Source: Minisyncoccota bacterium (lineage in GTDB: Bacteria; Patescibacteriota; Minisyncoccia; Phycocordibacterales; UBA9973). Taken from it: a DNA stretch of 64,000 nucleotides. Positions 18,742 through 28,506 of this stretch are shown here, piece by piece. The stretch's first letter is position 1, and each line of letters starts with the position of its first letter. A model generated the notes under the pieces. It did no database searches. It worked only from the letters and a program-made list of their open reading frames with translations, and was not told the DNA's origin. The DNA lies in the NCBI GenBank assembly GCA_031973235.1, contig DALYDM010000001.1, positions 16,129 through 80,128 of the forward strand. The letters are read 5' to 3'. The translations under genes were made by a program, and so were the position numbers.

Positions 18742-18792
18742 TAATTCACACACCCGCACAACACTGTGCGGGTGTGGTGTTATAATTAACGT

Positions 18793-19677
18793 ATGAAAAA
18801 ATCACTAGTATTTATTTTAGCTGCATTGCTTTTCAGTGCTGGAACATTTGAAGTGCATGCAGATCAAGTTGGATTTCCAGAAAAATCGATTTGGTATTCA
18901 GACGATACATTTATAGTAGGTAATGTTGTCACTATTTATACACTTGTGGTGAATGGAGAATCTTCAACTCTTACTGGTACTGTGCGATTCTTCGATCGCG
19001 ATACTGTTTTGGGTGAAAAGAAAGTTACTATTGATAAAAATGATGCAAAAGTAGTATCTCTTGATTGGAAAGTGTCAGAAGGTGAACATCAATTTTCTGC
19101 GCAGTTTTCTCAGGTTTCCGCAATTGAAGCAGATGGAAAAAAGGTTAGCATTGTTCCAACTACACCAGCCACACAAAAAGATACAGTCTATGTGAAGAAA
19201 GCAATTGCAAAAGAAAACACATCCAATGCAAACGCACTCTCTGCACAAGCATCTTTGAATAAAGATTCAGTTGTTGGCGAAGTCTCTAAAGCAACGGATT
19301 TTATCAAAGAAAAGACACCGGATTCTGTAGAAGAGAAAATATCTTCGACAACAGCAAGTATTGAAACTTTGAGAGAGACATGGGAGGAGCAGTTTTTGGA
19401 AAAAAAGCAGAACGAACAAGACTCACTCAACGCATTAAATGAATTTTATGATGAGAGACTTAAGGCGAAAGAGGAAGCTGATCCAGACAATTTTGTGAAG
19501 CAATCATATGTAGATTCAAGTGGAGAAAATATTTTAAAAAAACCGATGCACTATGTACTAATATTTTTATATTCACTTATTGGATTTATTGTTGGGAATG
19601 CATTAATTTTCTACGGACTGCTGTTGTTGATTGTATTTTGGCTTGTCAGAGGGATTTGGCAAAAGATCAGAAATTAA
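18793..19677 (+). CDS. secreted protein with C-terminal TM anchor (hypothetical)
   Basis: Signal peptide MKKSLVFILAALLFSAGTFEVHA, a beta-rich N-domain, a charged coiled region and a C-terminal TM helix. Confidence 0.4.
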   Translation: MKKSLVFILAALLFSAGTFEVHADQVGFPEKSIWYSDDTFIVGNVVTIYTLVVNGESSTLTGTVRFFDRDTVLGEKKVTIDKNDAKVVSLDWKVSEGEHQFSAQFSQVSAIEADGKKVSIVPTTPATQKDTVYVKKAIAKENTSNANALSAQASLNKDSVVGEVSKATDFIKEKTPDSVEEKISSTTASIETLRETWEEQFLEKKQNEQDSLNALNEFYDERLKAKEEADPDNFVKQSYVDSSGENILKKPMHYVLIFLYSLIGFIVGNALIFYGLLLLIVFWLVRGIWQKIRN

Positions 19678-19709
19678 AAACGCCACCAGGTTGTCCTGGT
19701 GGCGTTTCT
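19676..19709. terminator. bidirectional rho-independent terminator
   Basis: aaaaacgccaccagg-ttgt-cctggtggcgtttct between convergent genes. Confidence 0.8.
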
Positions 19710-20572
19710 CATAAATGAGCTTTCAACATCGAACGTATACAACTACTTCGCAAACGTCTTACTGCCTTCTCTTTAATTTGCCTCACGCGTTCGGGTGTAA
19801 GTTTAATTTTTTCCCCGATTTCGTCGAGTGTCATAGGAGGATACTCGTTTAATCCGAAGAAATATCTTAACACTTCAGCTTCACGCTCGGTAAGTTTCTT
19901 CAGTGCTCTATTGATATCTGTTCTCCTGGATGCATTGACAAGATTGTATTCGGCTGGTGCTTCCGTATCATTCTGTAGAATATCGAGAAGTGTTGTTTCT
20001 TCGCCGTCAATTGTTGGCTTATCAAGAGAAACTGAGTTGTGGAATAATAGAATAATCGCGGATGCAATTTCACTGTTTGACAAGTTGGTCAATTCTTTAA
20101 GTTCCTCGAGTGTTGGCTCCCGTTCATATTTCTGTTCAATTTTCATCGATGCATTACTTATCTTGTTCATTGCACCTATTCGATTTTGAGGAATTTTTAC
20201 GATTCTTGCCTGTTCAGCAATAGCTTGCATGATTGATTGACGAATCCACCATACTGCGTACGAGATAAATTTGAATCCGCGTGTTTCGTCGAAGCGTTTC
20301 GCAGCTTTGATCAAGCCAAAATTTCCTTCATTGATTAAATCCGGTAGGCTCAATCCTTGATTTTGGTATTGCTTTGCAACCGATACCACAAATCTTAGAT
20401 TTGCACGTACGAGTTTCTCAAGTGCCTTTTGGTCCCCGTTACGAATACATACAGCAAGTCGAACTTCTTCTTCTGCTGAAATCAATTCTTCTTTTCCGAT
20501 ATCTTGTAAGTATCTTTCAAAACTTGCAGATTCTCGATTTGTAATCGATTTTGTTATTTTGAATTGTCTCAT
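19709..20572 (-). CDS. RNA polymerase sigma-70 family factor (compact RpoD-like, copy 1)
   Basis: 287 aa with regions 1.2-2 (RYLQDIGKEELISAEEE...[59 protein letters not shown]), region 3 and a region 4 HTH ([23 protein letters not shown]). Confidence 0.85.
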   Translation of the reverse strand: MRQFKITKSITNRESASFERYLQDIGKEELISAEEEVRLAVCIRNGDQKALEKLVRANLRFVVSVAKQYQNQGLSLPDLINEGNFGLIKAAKRFDETRGFKFISYAVWWIRQSIMQAIAEQARIVKIPQNRIGAMNKISNASMKIEQKYEREPTLEELKELTNLSNSEIASAIILLFHNSVSLDKPTIDGEETTLLDILQNDTEAPAEYNLVNASRRTDINRALKKLTEREAEVLRYFFGLNEYPPMTLDEIGEKIKLTPERVRQIKEKAVRRLRSSCIRSMLKAHL

Positions 20573-20665
20573 GTTTTTAGGTTCTATTTATTTCTAAAGT
20601 ACCATTATTTTATATTTTAGTCAAACACTGACTAAAATAAAGAATTTCGATTATAATAATGTGAT

Positions 20666-20947
20666 ATGACTTCACACTCAAAAAGAACACTTTCGACAAT
20701 TTTTCTTTTATTCTGTATATTTTTTCTATACTGGTATATTTATCTTGGATTAATTCTCATTGCGCTGTTTGTATTTAAAAAGTATTCAGAGGGAGTTTTG
20801 CTTGCGGTGGTGGCAGATCTATTATTTGGATACAAAGGAGGAAGTATTTTGGGATTTAGTTATTCAACAACTTTAATCGTAGGGAGTGTATTCGTGTTGA
20901 GCCTAGTGGTGCGAGATAAATTGCGATTTATTTATGATCATGCGTAG
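20666..20947 (+). CDS. small membrane protein upstream of PBP2 (possibly MreD-like)
   Basis: 93 aa, three helices. Placement before mrdA-like PBP2 is the only support for MreD. Confidence 0.3.
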   Translation: MTSHSKRTLSTIFLLFCIFFLYWYIYLGLILIALFVFKKYSEGVLLAVVADLLFGYKGGSILGFSYSTTLIVGSVFVLSLVVRDKLRFIYDHA

Positions 20948-22637
20948 GAGATTTAAAAAAAATAGATTTAATGCTGAGATCGAGCCAGACGAAATATTCA
21001 TGGACTCGCAAAATATTCCCGAATTCGATACTCAGCAATTTGAAGGTAGACTTGAAAAACCTATCGGTAAAGGTAGTGTTGTATTTTTAGGTGTTGTGTT
21101 TTTGATTATTGGTGTGGTGTTTACGTCTCGATTAATCGTACTTCAGCTCAACAAAGGAAAATTATACTTTGAGATTAGTGAGAAAAATAGTTTGAAATCA
21201 GAACCACTCTTTGCCGACCGGGGTGTGATTTATGACAGAAACGGAGTGGAGCTCGCATGGAATGTGATTCACGATAAGGGTGAGCAGTATTTGCTCAGAA
21301 GATACATTAATAGTCCAGGATTTGCGCACTTGCTTGGATATGTAAGTTATCCTGAGAAAGATAGTGATGGTCATTATTGGCAAAAAGAGTATATAGGTAA
21401 AGATGGTGTTGAAGATGAATACAATGACATTATTTCAGGTGTAAATGGTGCACGATTGTATGAGACAGATGCGCTCGGACACATAAAGACAGGTAGCGCA
21501 CTAAATTCACCAGTGCCTGGAACCAATCTAAATCTCACTGTGGATTCTCGAATTCAATCAAAGTTGTATGAAGCAATTGTCGGACTTGCCGAGCGAGCAG
21601 GATATAGAGGTGGTGCAGGTTTGATTATGGATATACAAACAGGAGAGTTGATTGCCATGACAAGTTATCCAGAATATGATCCAAATATTATCGCTGCAGG
21701 TGAGGACAAAGAGACAATTCAATCATATCTTTTAGATACAACAAAAAAACCATTTATAAACAGAGCGGTTTCTGGTGTGTATACTCCAGGGTCTATTGTT
21801 AAACCCTTTGTTGCAATTGGAGCGCTGCAAGAAGGAATTGTTGATCCAAATAAGAATTTTTATAGTTCTGGTGCGCTTGTTATTCCCAATCCATATCATC
21901 CTGAACTGAAGTCAGTATTTAAAGACTGGAAAGAAGGTGGGCATGGATATACTGACATGAGAAAAGGTCTTGCAGAGTCTGTTAACACATATTTTTACAT
22001 TATCAGTGGTGGATATCAGGATCAAAAAGGTATTGGAATTGCAAATATTGAAAAATATACTCGCATGTTTGGAATTGCATCAAAAACAGGAGTTGATGTT
22101 GAAGGTGAAAAAATTGGAAATATTCCAAGTGTTGAATGGAAGGCAAGCAAATTTCCGGGTGACCCGTGGAGACTTGGAGATACATATCATACAGCCATCG
22201 GTCAGTATGGATTTCAAGTTACACCAGTGCAAATGGTCCGCGCAGTCGCAGGAATAGCATCAAAAGGAAAGCTGGTCACCCCTCATGTTTACAAAGATGT
22301 CGATCCAGCAACTCTTTCTACTGAGACACTTTCAATAAACTCATCGAATTATGAAGTAATTCATGAAGGAATGCGCATGGTGGTCACATCTGGCACAGGA
22401 GGAGCATTAAATATTGGTGATGTTGAGATTGCTGCAAAGACTGGTACAGCACAGGTAGGACTGTCTAAGAGATCAATCAATTCATGGGTGATTGGATTCT
22501 TTCCGTATCAAAATCCACGATATGCATTCACTGTGTTGATGGAAAATTCACCGTCTTCAAATAAGGCTGGTGCTGCACAGGCGGTCGGTGAGCTTGCTCG
22601 CTGGATGGCTCTGTATACACCCGAATACTTCAAATAG
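20934..22637 (+). CDS. mrdA: penicillin-binding protein 2 (class B transpeptidase)
   Basis: 567 aa with a TM anchor, a PBP dimerisation domain, and SIVKP (SxxK), SVN (SxN) and KTGTAQ (KTG) active-site motifs. Confidence 0.85.
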   Translation: MIMRRRFKKNRFNAEIEPDEIFMDSQNIPEFDTQQFEGRLEKPIGKGSVVFLGVVFLIIGVVFTSRLIVLQLNKGKLYFEISEKNSLKSEPLFADRGVIYDRNGVELAWNVIHDKGEQYLLRRYINSPGFAHLLGYVSYPEKDSDGHYWQKEYIGKDGVEDEYNDIISGVNGARLYETDALGHIKTGSALNSPVPGTNLNLTVDSRIQSKLYEAIVGLAERAGYRGGAGLIMDIQTGELIAMTSYPEYDPNIIAAGEDKETIQSYLLDTTKKPFINRAVSGVYTPGSIVKPFVAIGALQEGIVDPNKNFYSSGALVIPNPYHPELKSVFKDWKEGGHGYTDMRKGLAESVNTYFYIISGGYQDQKGIGIANIEKYTRMFGIASKTGVDVEGEKIGNIPSVEWKASKFPGDPWRLGDTYHTAIGQYGFQVTPVQMVRAVAGIASKGKLVTPHVYKDVDPATLSTETLSINSSNYEVIHEGMRMVVTSGTGGALNIGDVEIAAKTGTAQVGLSKRSINSWVIGFFPYQNPRYAFTVLMENSPSSNKAGAAQAVGELARWMALYTPEYFK

Positions 22638-22678
22638 CTTCGTTGACCAGGGGTGTCAAATCGGGTATACTGTGGGTC

Positions 22679-23146
22679 ATGGATAAAGAAGCAACATACA
22701 TAACAGAAGAGAAGAAAATTGCCCTCGAACAGGAGCTTCTTGAACTCAAATCTGTAAAAAGAAAAGAAATCCTTGATGCACTCGAATATGCAAAATCACT
22801 CGGAGATTTGTCTGAAAACGCAGAATACCACCAAGCACGAGAAGAACAAGGAAAGCTCGAAGAACGAATTTCAAAGATTGAACACATCTTGAAACATTCA
22901 GTTGTAATGAAAAAACACCACAGTACAAATGTGGAAGTCGGATCGACTGTGAAAGTAAAGAAAGAAGGTTCAAAAGAAACACAGACATATCAAATCGTTG
23001 GACAAGAAGAAGCAGATACAGCAAACGGTAAAATTTCTCACAAGTCACCATTGGGTGAAGCACTCTTTGGTCACAAGAAAGGTGATACTGTTTCGTTTAC
23101 AACACCAAAAGCAACATTTAATTATACTATTATCGATATAGAATAA
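22679..23146 (+). CDS. greA: transcription elongation factor GreA
   Basis: ITEEKKIALEQELLELKSVKRKEILDALEYAKSLGDLSENAEYHQAREEQGKLEERI, then an FKBP-like C-domain; start at internal ATG 22679. Confidence 0.88.
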   Translation: MDKEATYITEEKKIALEQELLELKSVKRKEILDALEYAKSLGDLSENAEYHQAREEQGKLEERISKIEHILKHSVVMKKHHSTNVEVGSTVKVKKEGSKETQTYQIVGQEEADTANGKISHKSPLGEALFGHKKGDTVSFTTPKATFNYTIIDIE

Positions 23147-23223
23147 TTATTCGCAAAAGGTCTGCGCATCATGTGTAGGCCTTTTGACTTTCAACTTTTA
23201 TCTTTTTAATTTATACTTTTGTT

Positions 23224-24690
23224 ATGGCGTCACTAGAAGAACTTCGAGACATGCGTCTCAAGAAAATGAATTTATTAAAAGAGGCGGGTATGGAGGCATT
23301 TCCTTCATCTGTCCCAAAAACTCACTCACTTTCAGAAGTGAGAGGTTCATTCGAAAAATTAGAAAATGAGAAAACACAGATTTCTGTTGCGGGACGTATT
23401 ATGTCTGTGCGTGGGCAAGGAGCAATATTGTTTGTCCCACTGTATGACGGCACAGATACTTTTCAGCTTGTGTTTAAAAAGGATGATATGGATGAAAAAC
23501 TCTTTACTCTTTTTGTTGATGGAATAGATATCGGAGATTTTATTTCTGCAACAGGAACAGTGTTTGAGACTCAGCGTGGAGAAAAAAGCATACTCGTATC
23601 TACATGGATATTGGCTACGAAGTCACTCGCACCACTCCCAGAAAAGTGGCATGGAATCACTGATCCCGATGAACGCTTCAGAAAGAGATATCTTGATATA
23701 TTGATGAACCCAGAACTTCGAGAAATGTTTGAATTGAAAGCGAAATTTTGGGATGTTGTTCGGACATTCATGAAAGAAAAGGGGTTTACTGATGTAGAAA
23801 CTCCAACACTTGAAGTCACCACTGGCGGAGCTGAGGCAAGTCCTTTCAAGACACACCACAATGATTTTGATGTAGATGTGTTTTTGCGAATATCAGTCGG
23901 TGAGCTGTGGCAAAAGAGACTCATGGCAGCAGGTTTTGATAAAACATTTGAAATCGGAAGAGTGTATCGAAATGAAGGAACAAGTCCAGAGCATTTACAA
24001 GAATTCACCAACATGGAATTCTATTGGTCTTTTGCAAATTATGAAAATGGAATGGAGCTCGTAGAAGAACTCTATGAAAAGATTGCAAAAGAAGTATTTG
24101 GAAAAACAGAATTCACTACTCGAGGTCATACATTTGATTTTTCAAAGCGACCATGGCCGAGAGTTGACTATGTAGATGAGATAATCAAAATGACTGGAGT
24201 AGATGTGCTCACAGCGACAGAAGATGAGATGAAATCAAAACTCAAAGAGCTTGGTGTGGAATATTCAGGAGAAAATCGAGAAAGACTTACTGATACGCTT
24301 TGGAAGTATTGCCGAAAACATATTTCAGGTCCAGCATTTCTAGTGCATCATCCGGTGCTTGTGTCACCGCTTTCAAAAGTACTCAAATCAGATCCGCGAA
24401 AAACAGAGCGATTCCAGCCACTCATTGCAGGAAGTGAGGTGGGAAATGGATTCTCAGAGTTGAACGATCCAATCGATCAACGCGCACGATTTGAACTTCA
24501 ACAAAAGCTAATCGAACGAGGTGATGATGAAGCAATGATGCCCGAATGGGAATTTGTAGATATGCTTGAGCACGGAATGCCACCAACATGTGGATTTGGA
24601 TTTGGAGAAAGACTTTTTGCATTTCTTGTCGATAAACCACTTCGAGAAACACAACTCTTTCCACTCATGAGACCAAAACAAGAAGAATAA
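23224..24690 (+). CDS. lysS: lysyl-tRNA synthetase (class II)
   Basis: 488 aa with an OB anticodon-binding domain (GRIMSVRGQGAILFV) and class II motifs (FEIGRVYRNEGTSPEHLQEFTNMEFY; GFGFGERLF). Confidence 0.92.
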   Translation: MASLEELRDMRLKKMNLLKEAGMEAFPSSVPKTHSLSEVRGSFEKLENEKTQISVAGRIMSVRGQGAILFVPLYDGTDTFQLVFKKDDMDEKLFTLFVDGIDIGDFISATGTVFETQRGEKSILVSTWILATKSLAPLPEKWHGITDPDERFRKRYLDILMNPELREMFELKAKFWDVVRTFMKEKGFTDVETPTLEVTTGGAEASPFKTHHNDFDVDVFLRISVGELWQKRLMAAGFDKTFEIGRVYRNEGTSPEHLQEFTNMEFYWSFANYENGMELVEELYEKIAKEVFGKTEFTTRGHTFDFSKRPWPRVDYVDEIIKMTGVDVLTATEDEMKSKLKELGVEYSGENRERLTDTLWKYCRKHISGPAFLVHHPVLVSPLSKVLKSDPRKTERFQPLIAGSEVGNGFSELNDPIDQRARFELQQKLIERGDDEAMMPEWEFVDMLEHGMPPTCGFGFGERLFAFLVDKPLRETQLFPLMRPKQEE

Positions 24691-24720
24691 AAAATGCCCG
24701 CAATCGCGGGCTTTTTTTTG
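24689..24720 (+). terminator. rho-independent terminator
   Basis: aaaaaatgcccgc-aat-cgcgggcttttttttg. Confidence 0.8.
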
Positions 24721-24948
24721 TTACCATGCAGCAAAATTAGTATTTTTGAAACATGGAATGCCGTTTTCATCTAACGTGTAATTGAAATTGTTTTGAAAGT
24801 TTTCAATTTCCCTGTTCCGGGCTTCTCTTTCGGACTCATTTTGTGCTGTAAGTGACAAAGTGATTCCATTTGTTGTTGAAGGCTTTACAACCTCCCATTT
24901 CATCGCGTTAGGCAATAACAGTCCTGGTGGATACATTGTTTTTTTCAT
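24721..24948 (-). CDS. hypothetical small protein
   Basis: 75-aa ORF with no recognisable motifs. Confidence 0.25.
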   Translation of the reverse strand: MKKTMYPPGLLLPNAMKWEVVKPSTTNGITLSLTAQNESEREARNREIENFQNNFNYTLDENGIPCFKNTNFAAW

Positions 24949-25015
24949 GGGTTCGTTTTTCTATACAATACATCAAAAAAATAATAAGTAAAGCTTATAA
25001 AGATTTCCACAGTTA

Positions 25016-25082
25016 AAGTGGGATTTTTGTTTTGATTGTGGGATAAAGTGGGGTATACTTTATTCAAGTGGGATAAAGTGGT
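25016..25082 (+). promoter_or_regulatory. mraZ promoter with direct GTGGG repeats (candidate MraZ operator)
   Basis: GTGGG at 25018, 25038, 25048 and 25068, plus GTGG at 25078, with 10-bp periodicity (GTGGGATAAAGTGG twice). A TATACT -10 box lies at 25054-25059, about 50 bp upstream of mraZ. Confidence 0.6.
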
Positions 25083-25129
25083 AAATAAAAAATCTCACAA
25101 AAAACATTTATCAGATTACGGAATTCACT

Positions 25130-25564
25130 ATGCTTATCGGAGAGTACACACATACATTGGACGACAAAAATCGTTTGTCACTCCCGGCCAAATTTCGAAA
25201 AGAAATGGGGAAGACAGTTGTGGTGGCTCCAGGTCTTGATGGATGTATATCGATCTTTACAGAAAAAGAATGGCAACGTGTATCATCTAAGCTTTCTGAG
25301 TTTTCTACATTCAAGGCTGACAATCGAAGTTTTCAGCGCTTTATGTATGGACAAGCTACAGAAGTAGATGTTGATTCACTTGGACGAATCCTGGTTCCTG
25401 ATTTCTTGAAAGAACGCGCAAAGCTAACTTCAAAGACTGTGGTTATCGGAGTGCAAGATCATCTTGAAGTGTGGAACGACAAGATTTGGGCAAATTATAA
25501 AAAGTCAGTTGATAAAGAAGCAGACAGTTTGGCTGAAAAACTTGGTCATATTGGAGCAATGTAA
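25130..25564 (+). CDS. mraZ: transcriptional regulator MraZ
   Basis: 144 aa with duplicated MraZ/SpoVT-AbrB halves (LDDKNRLSLPAKFR...; VDSLGRILVPDFL...). Confidence 0.92.
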   Translation: MLIGEYTHTLDDKNRLSLPAKFRKEMGKTVVVAPGLDGCISIFTEKEWQRVSSKLSEFSTFKADNRSFQRFMYGQATEVDVDSLGRILVPDFLKERAKLTSKTVVIGVQDHLEVWNDKIWANYKKSVDKEADSLAEKLGHIGAM

Positions 25565-25567
25565 TAT

Positions 25568-26458
25568 ATGCATATTCCAGTATTACTTAAAGAAACAATT
25601 GATTTGCTTGATGTAAAACAAGGTGATGTCGTAGTGGATGCAACTCTTGGAGGTGGAGGACATAGTGAAGCATTGTGTTCACGATTTGGAAGAACAATCA
25701 CTCTTGTTGGAATCGACCGAGATGAAGATGCACTCGTGCGCTCAGAACCACGATTGATGTCGGCTGGATGTGATCCACATTTGGTTCACGGAAATTTCAA
25801 AGACGTAGAATCACTTTTCACTCGTATGCCGTTCACTCAGGCTGATAGAATCCTCTTTGATTTTGGCGTGAGTTCATTTCAAATCGATATATCAGAAAGA
25901 GGATTTTCATTTCAAAAGGATGAGCCATTGCTCATGACTATGAAAAAAAATCTCTCAGATGATGACGTGACTGCATATGATGTGGTGAACACATGGTCAC
26001 TCCAAAGCCTGACAGACATATTGAGAGGTTTTGGTGAAGAGAAGTACGCATATCGAATTGCAAAAGGAATTGTTGCACATCGTGATGAAAAGCCAATCAG
26101 GACAACCTTTGAACTTGTCGACATAATCAAGTCTTCAGTACCAAAAGCGTATGTTCATGGGAAAATTCATCCAGCGACACGAACTTTTCAGGCGATACGT
26201 ATTGCAGTCAACGGCGAGCTAGATGCAATCAAGGAAGGATTAGAAGGTGCATGGAATATTCTTTCATCACATGGACGAATCGCAGCCATCACATTTCATA
26301 GTCTTGAAGATAGAATTGTAAAGCACTATTTTCAGCATCTAGTCAAAGAACACAAAGCCATTCTCGTAAACAAAAAACCACTTATTCCAAGCGATGAGGA
26401 AATAAAATCAAATCCTCGCTCCCGAAGTTCAAAATTAAGAGTAATCGAAAAAGTATAA
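25568..26458 (+). CDS. rsmH: 16S rRNA (cytosine1402-N4)-methyltransferase RsmH (MraW)
   Basis: HIPVLLKETIDLL...VVDATLGGGGHSEAL...DFGVSSFQID motifs. Confidence 0.92.
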   Translation: MHIPVLLKETIDLLDVKQGDVVVDATLGGGGHSEALCSRFGRTITLVGIDRDEDALVRSEPRLMSAGCDPHLVHGNFKDVESLFTRMPFTQADRILFDFGVSSFQIDISERGFSFQKDEPLLMTMKKNLSDDDVTAYDVVNTWSLQSLTDILRGFGEEKYAYRIAKGIVAHRDEKPIRTTFELVDIIKSSVPKAYVHGKIHPATRTFQAIRIAVNGELDAIKEGLEGAWNILSSHGRIAAITFHSLEDRIVKHYFQHLVKEHKAILVNKKPLIPSDEEIKSNPRSRSSKLRVIEKV

Positions 26459-26462
26459 TCCA

Positions 26463-26801
26463 ATGTACACAACACATCCATCACAATCAAATATTTTTGG
26501 ACCAACACTCAACCAAAAGATTTTTAGAGTTGTGGTAGTTGTCTTTGCGTTACTTTGTGCACTGTATGCATATATTATCGGTACTATTACGTTCAACGTG
26601 GTCGCTAGAAACACCTTCACTGAAGAGAAAAACACCATCTCTTCTAAGATTGGAGAGCTTGAGGTTGAGTACCTTTCACTTTCCGGAAACGTGACCATGG
26701 ATGTCGCTCGAGCAGCGGGTTTTAGTGAGGCGTCAAATGTTCATTTTGTGAAGAAGGATACTGGTGTATCACGTGCAGCATTTTTGACAAATGAGCTCTA
26801 A
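26463..26801 (+). CDS. ftsL: cell division protein FtsL-like
   Basis: 112 aa, a single TM plus a coiled region, sitting between rsmH and ftsI. Confidence 0.55.
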   Translation: MYTTHPSQSNIFGPTLNQKIFRVVVVVFALLCALYAYIIGTITFNVVARNTFTEEKNTISSKIGELEVEYLSLSGNVTMDVARAAGFSEASNVHFVKKDTGVSRAAFLTNEL

Positions 26802-28506
26802 ATTTACATTTTCAAGAATCACAGGACTTTCGCTTTTACTGTGTCTTATTACAGGTTTGCTTGTGATAAGACTTTTTTATTTGCAGGTACTTAGAGGAGA
26901 TGAATATAGTGAAGAAGTAAGTAATAACTATTCTGTTGAGGAATTGTCAAAATTTGATCGAGGTACAATATATACAAAGAAGAAGGATGGTACACTCGTG
27001 AGTGCGGCTACAACTGTGTCAGGATACACTCTTGTTGTTGATAAAAATTCAATAAATCTCTCACCAGAGAAACTATTTGAAATTATTAAGTCAGCGATTC
27101 CCGATGCAGATAAGAATTTTTTCGATAAAAAGATGAATTCAAAAGGAAGATATATTGATGTGGCAAAGCATGTTACTCAGTCTCAATATGATATGCTAAA
27201 TGAGCAAAAGATTAACGGGATTGCATTTCGAAAGGATAAGTGGAGGTTTTATCCCGGATCAACTCTTGCAGCGCGTACAATTGGCTTTGTGGCATTCAAA
27301 GGGAATTCACTTGTGGGACGATATGGGGTGGAGAGATTTTACAACGAAACCCTAACGTTGAATAAAAATTCACTATACAGCAACTTTTTTACTGAGGTGT
27401 TTTCTACTTTGCATGATTCAGTATTCAAAGAAGACAGTATCGAAGGAGACATTGTCACGACAATCGAACCATCTGTTACTCAATATCTCGAATCTACACT
27501 TTCAAAAACAATTGATAAATACAGTGCAGATGGTGCAGGTGCAATAGTCATGAATCCAAAAACTGGCGAAATATATGCGATGTCGTATTTGCCAACGTTT
27601 GATTTGAATGATTTTTCTTCAGTACAAAATGTATCCACTTTCAATAATCCACTTGTCGAAAATGTGTATGAGTTTGGATCTATTGTGAAGCCGCTTGTGA
27701 TGGCAGCTGGGCTCGATATGAACGCAGTACGACCAGATACAACATATATAGACAAGGGTGAGCTTACAATCAATACTGAAAAGATTCACAACTTCGACAA
27801 AAAAGCTCGAGGAAAAGCAACAATGCAAGACGTGCTCAATCAATCTTTGAATACAGGTATGGTGTTTGTGATGCAACAAATGGGGAAAGATAATTTCAAG
27901 AAATACATGCTTGCGTATGGAATAGGAGAAAAAACTGGTATTGATTTGCCAGGTGAAGTTTCTGGAATCACTACGAACCTCAAAAGTACTCGTGAAATTG
28001 AATTCGCCAATGCGGCATTCGGTCAGGGTGTCGCTATGACGCCAGTGGAAATAATCCGAGCCTTTTCTACACTTGCAAATGGTGGTGTCCCTGTGACTCC
28101 ACGTGTGGGTTCAATGATCAAAACCAAAGATGGTGAGGAAGTAAAAATTGAACCAACATACGGCTCACAACTTATTGCACAAAAGACAGCAGATGATATA
28201 ACCAAAATGCTTGTGACCGTAGTTGACAAAGGTCTCGGAGCAGGACAATACAAGAACGAACATTATAGTGTAGCTGCGAAGACTGGGACTGCACAGATGG
28301 CAATGGAAAATGGGCGAGGGTACTACGAAGACAGATATCTTCACTCGCTCTTTGGCTACTATCCTGCGTACAATCCAAAGTTCTTGGTGTTGATGTATGT
28401 GGTAAATCCAAAAGGTGTACAATATGCAGCAACCACACTTGCAGAGCCATTTTTCGATCTTTCAAAGTACTTGCTTAGTTATTACGATGTTGCACCGGAT
28501 AGATAA
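26791..28506 (+). CDS. ftsI: penicillin-binding protein FtsI-like (class B PBP)
   Basis: 571 aa with a TM anchor and SIVKP, SLNTG and KTGTAQ motifs. Confidence 0.85.
   Translation: MSSKFTFSRITGLSLLLCLITGLLVIRLFYLQVLRGDEYSEEVSNNYSVEELSKFDRGTIYTKKKDGTLVSAATTVSGYTLVVDKNSINLSPEKLFEIIKSAIPDADKNFFDKKMNSKGRYIDVAKHVTQSQYDMLNEQKINGIAFRKDKWRFYPGSTLAARTIGFVAFKGNSLVGRYGVERFYNETLTLNKNSLYSNFFTEVFSTLHDSVFKEDSIEGDIVTTIEPSVTQYLESTLSKTIDKYSADGAGAIVMNPKTGEIYAMSYLPTFDLNDFSSVQNVSTFNNPLVENVYEFGSIVKPLVMAAGLDMNAVRPDTTYIDKGELTINTEKIHNFDKKARGKATMQDVLNQSLNTGMVFVMQQMGKDNFKKYMLAYGIGEKTGIDLPGEVSGITTNLKSTREIEFANAAFGQGVAMTPVEIIRAFSTLANGGVPVTPRVGSMIKTKDGEEVKIEPTYGSQLIAQKTADDITKMLVTVVDKGLGAGQYKNEHYSVAAKTGTAQMAMENGRGYYEDRYLHSLFGYYPAYNPKFLVLMYVVNPKGVQYAATTLAEPFFDLSKYLLSYYDVAPDR

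Noticed and set aside
18749-18776. Hairpin cacacccgcacaacactgtgcgggtgtg as an intrinsic terminator
   Set aside because: Stable stem but no following T-run; possibly a weak or protein-dependent terminator, so not listed as a feature.
20666-20947. Calling this small membrane gene mreD
   Set aside because: Only positional evidence (upstream of pbp2); no mreB or mreC nearby and no sequence signature, so left as hypothetical with a note.
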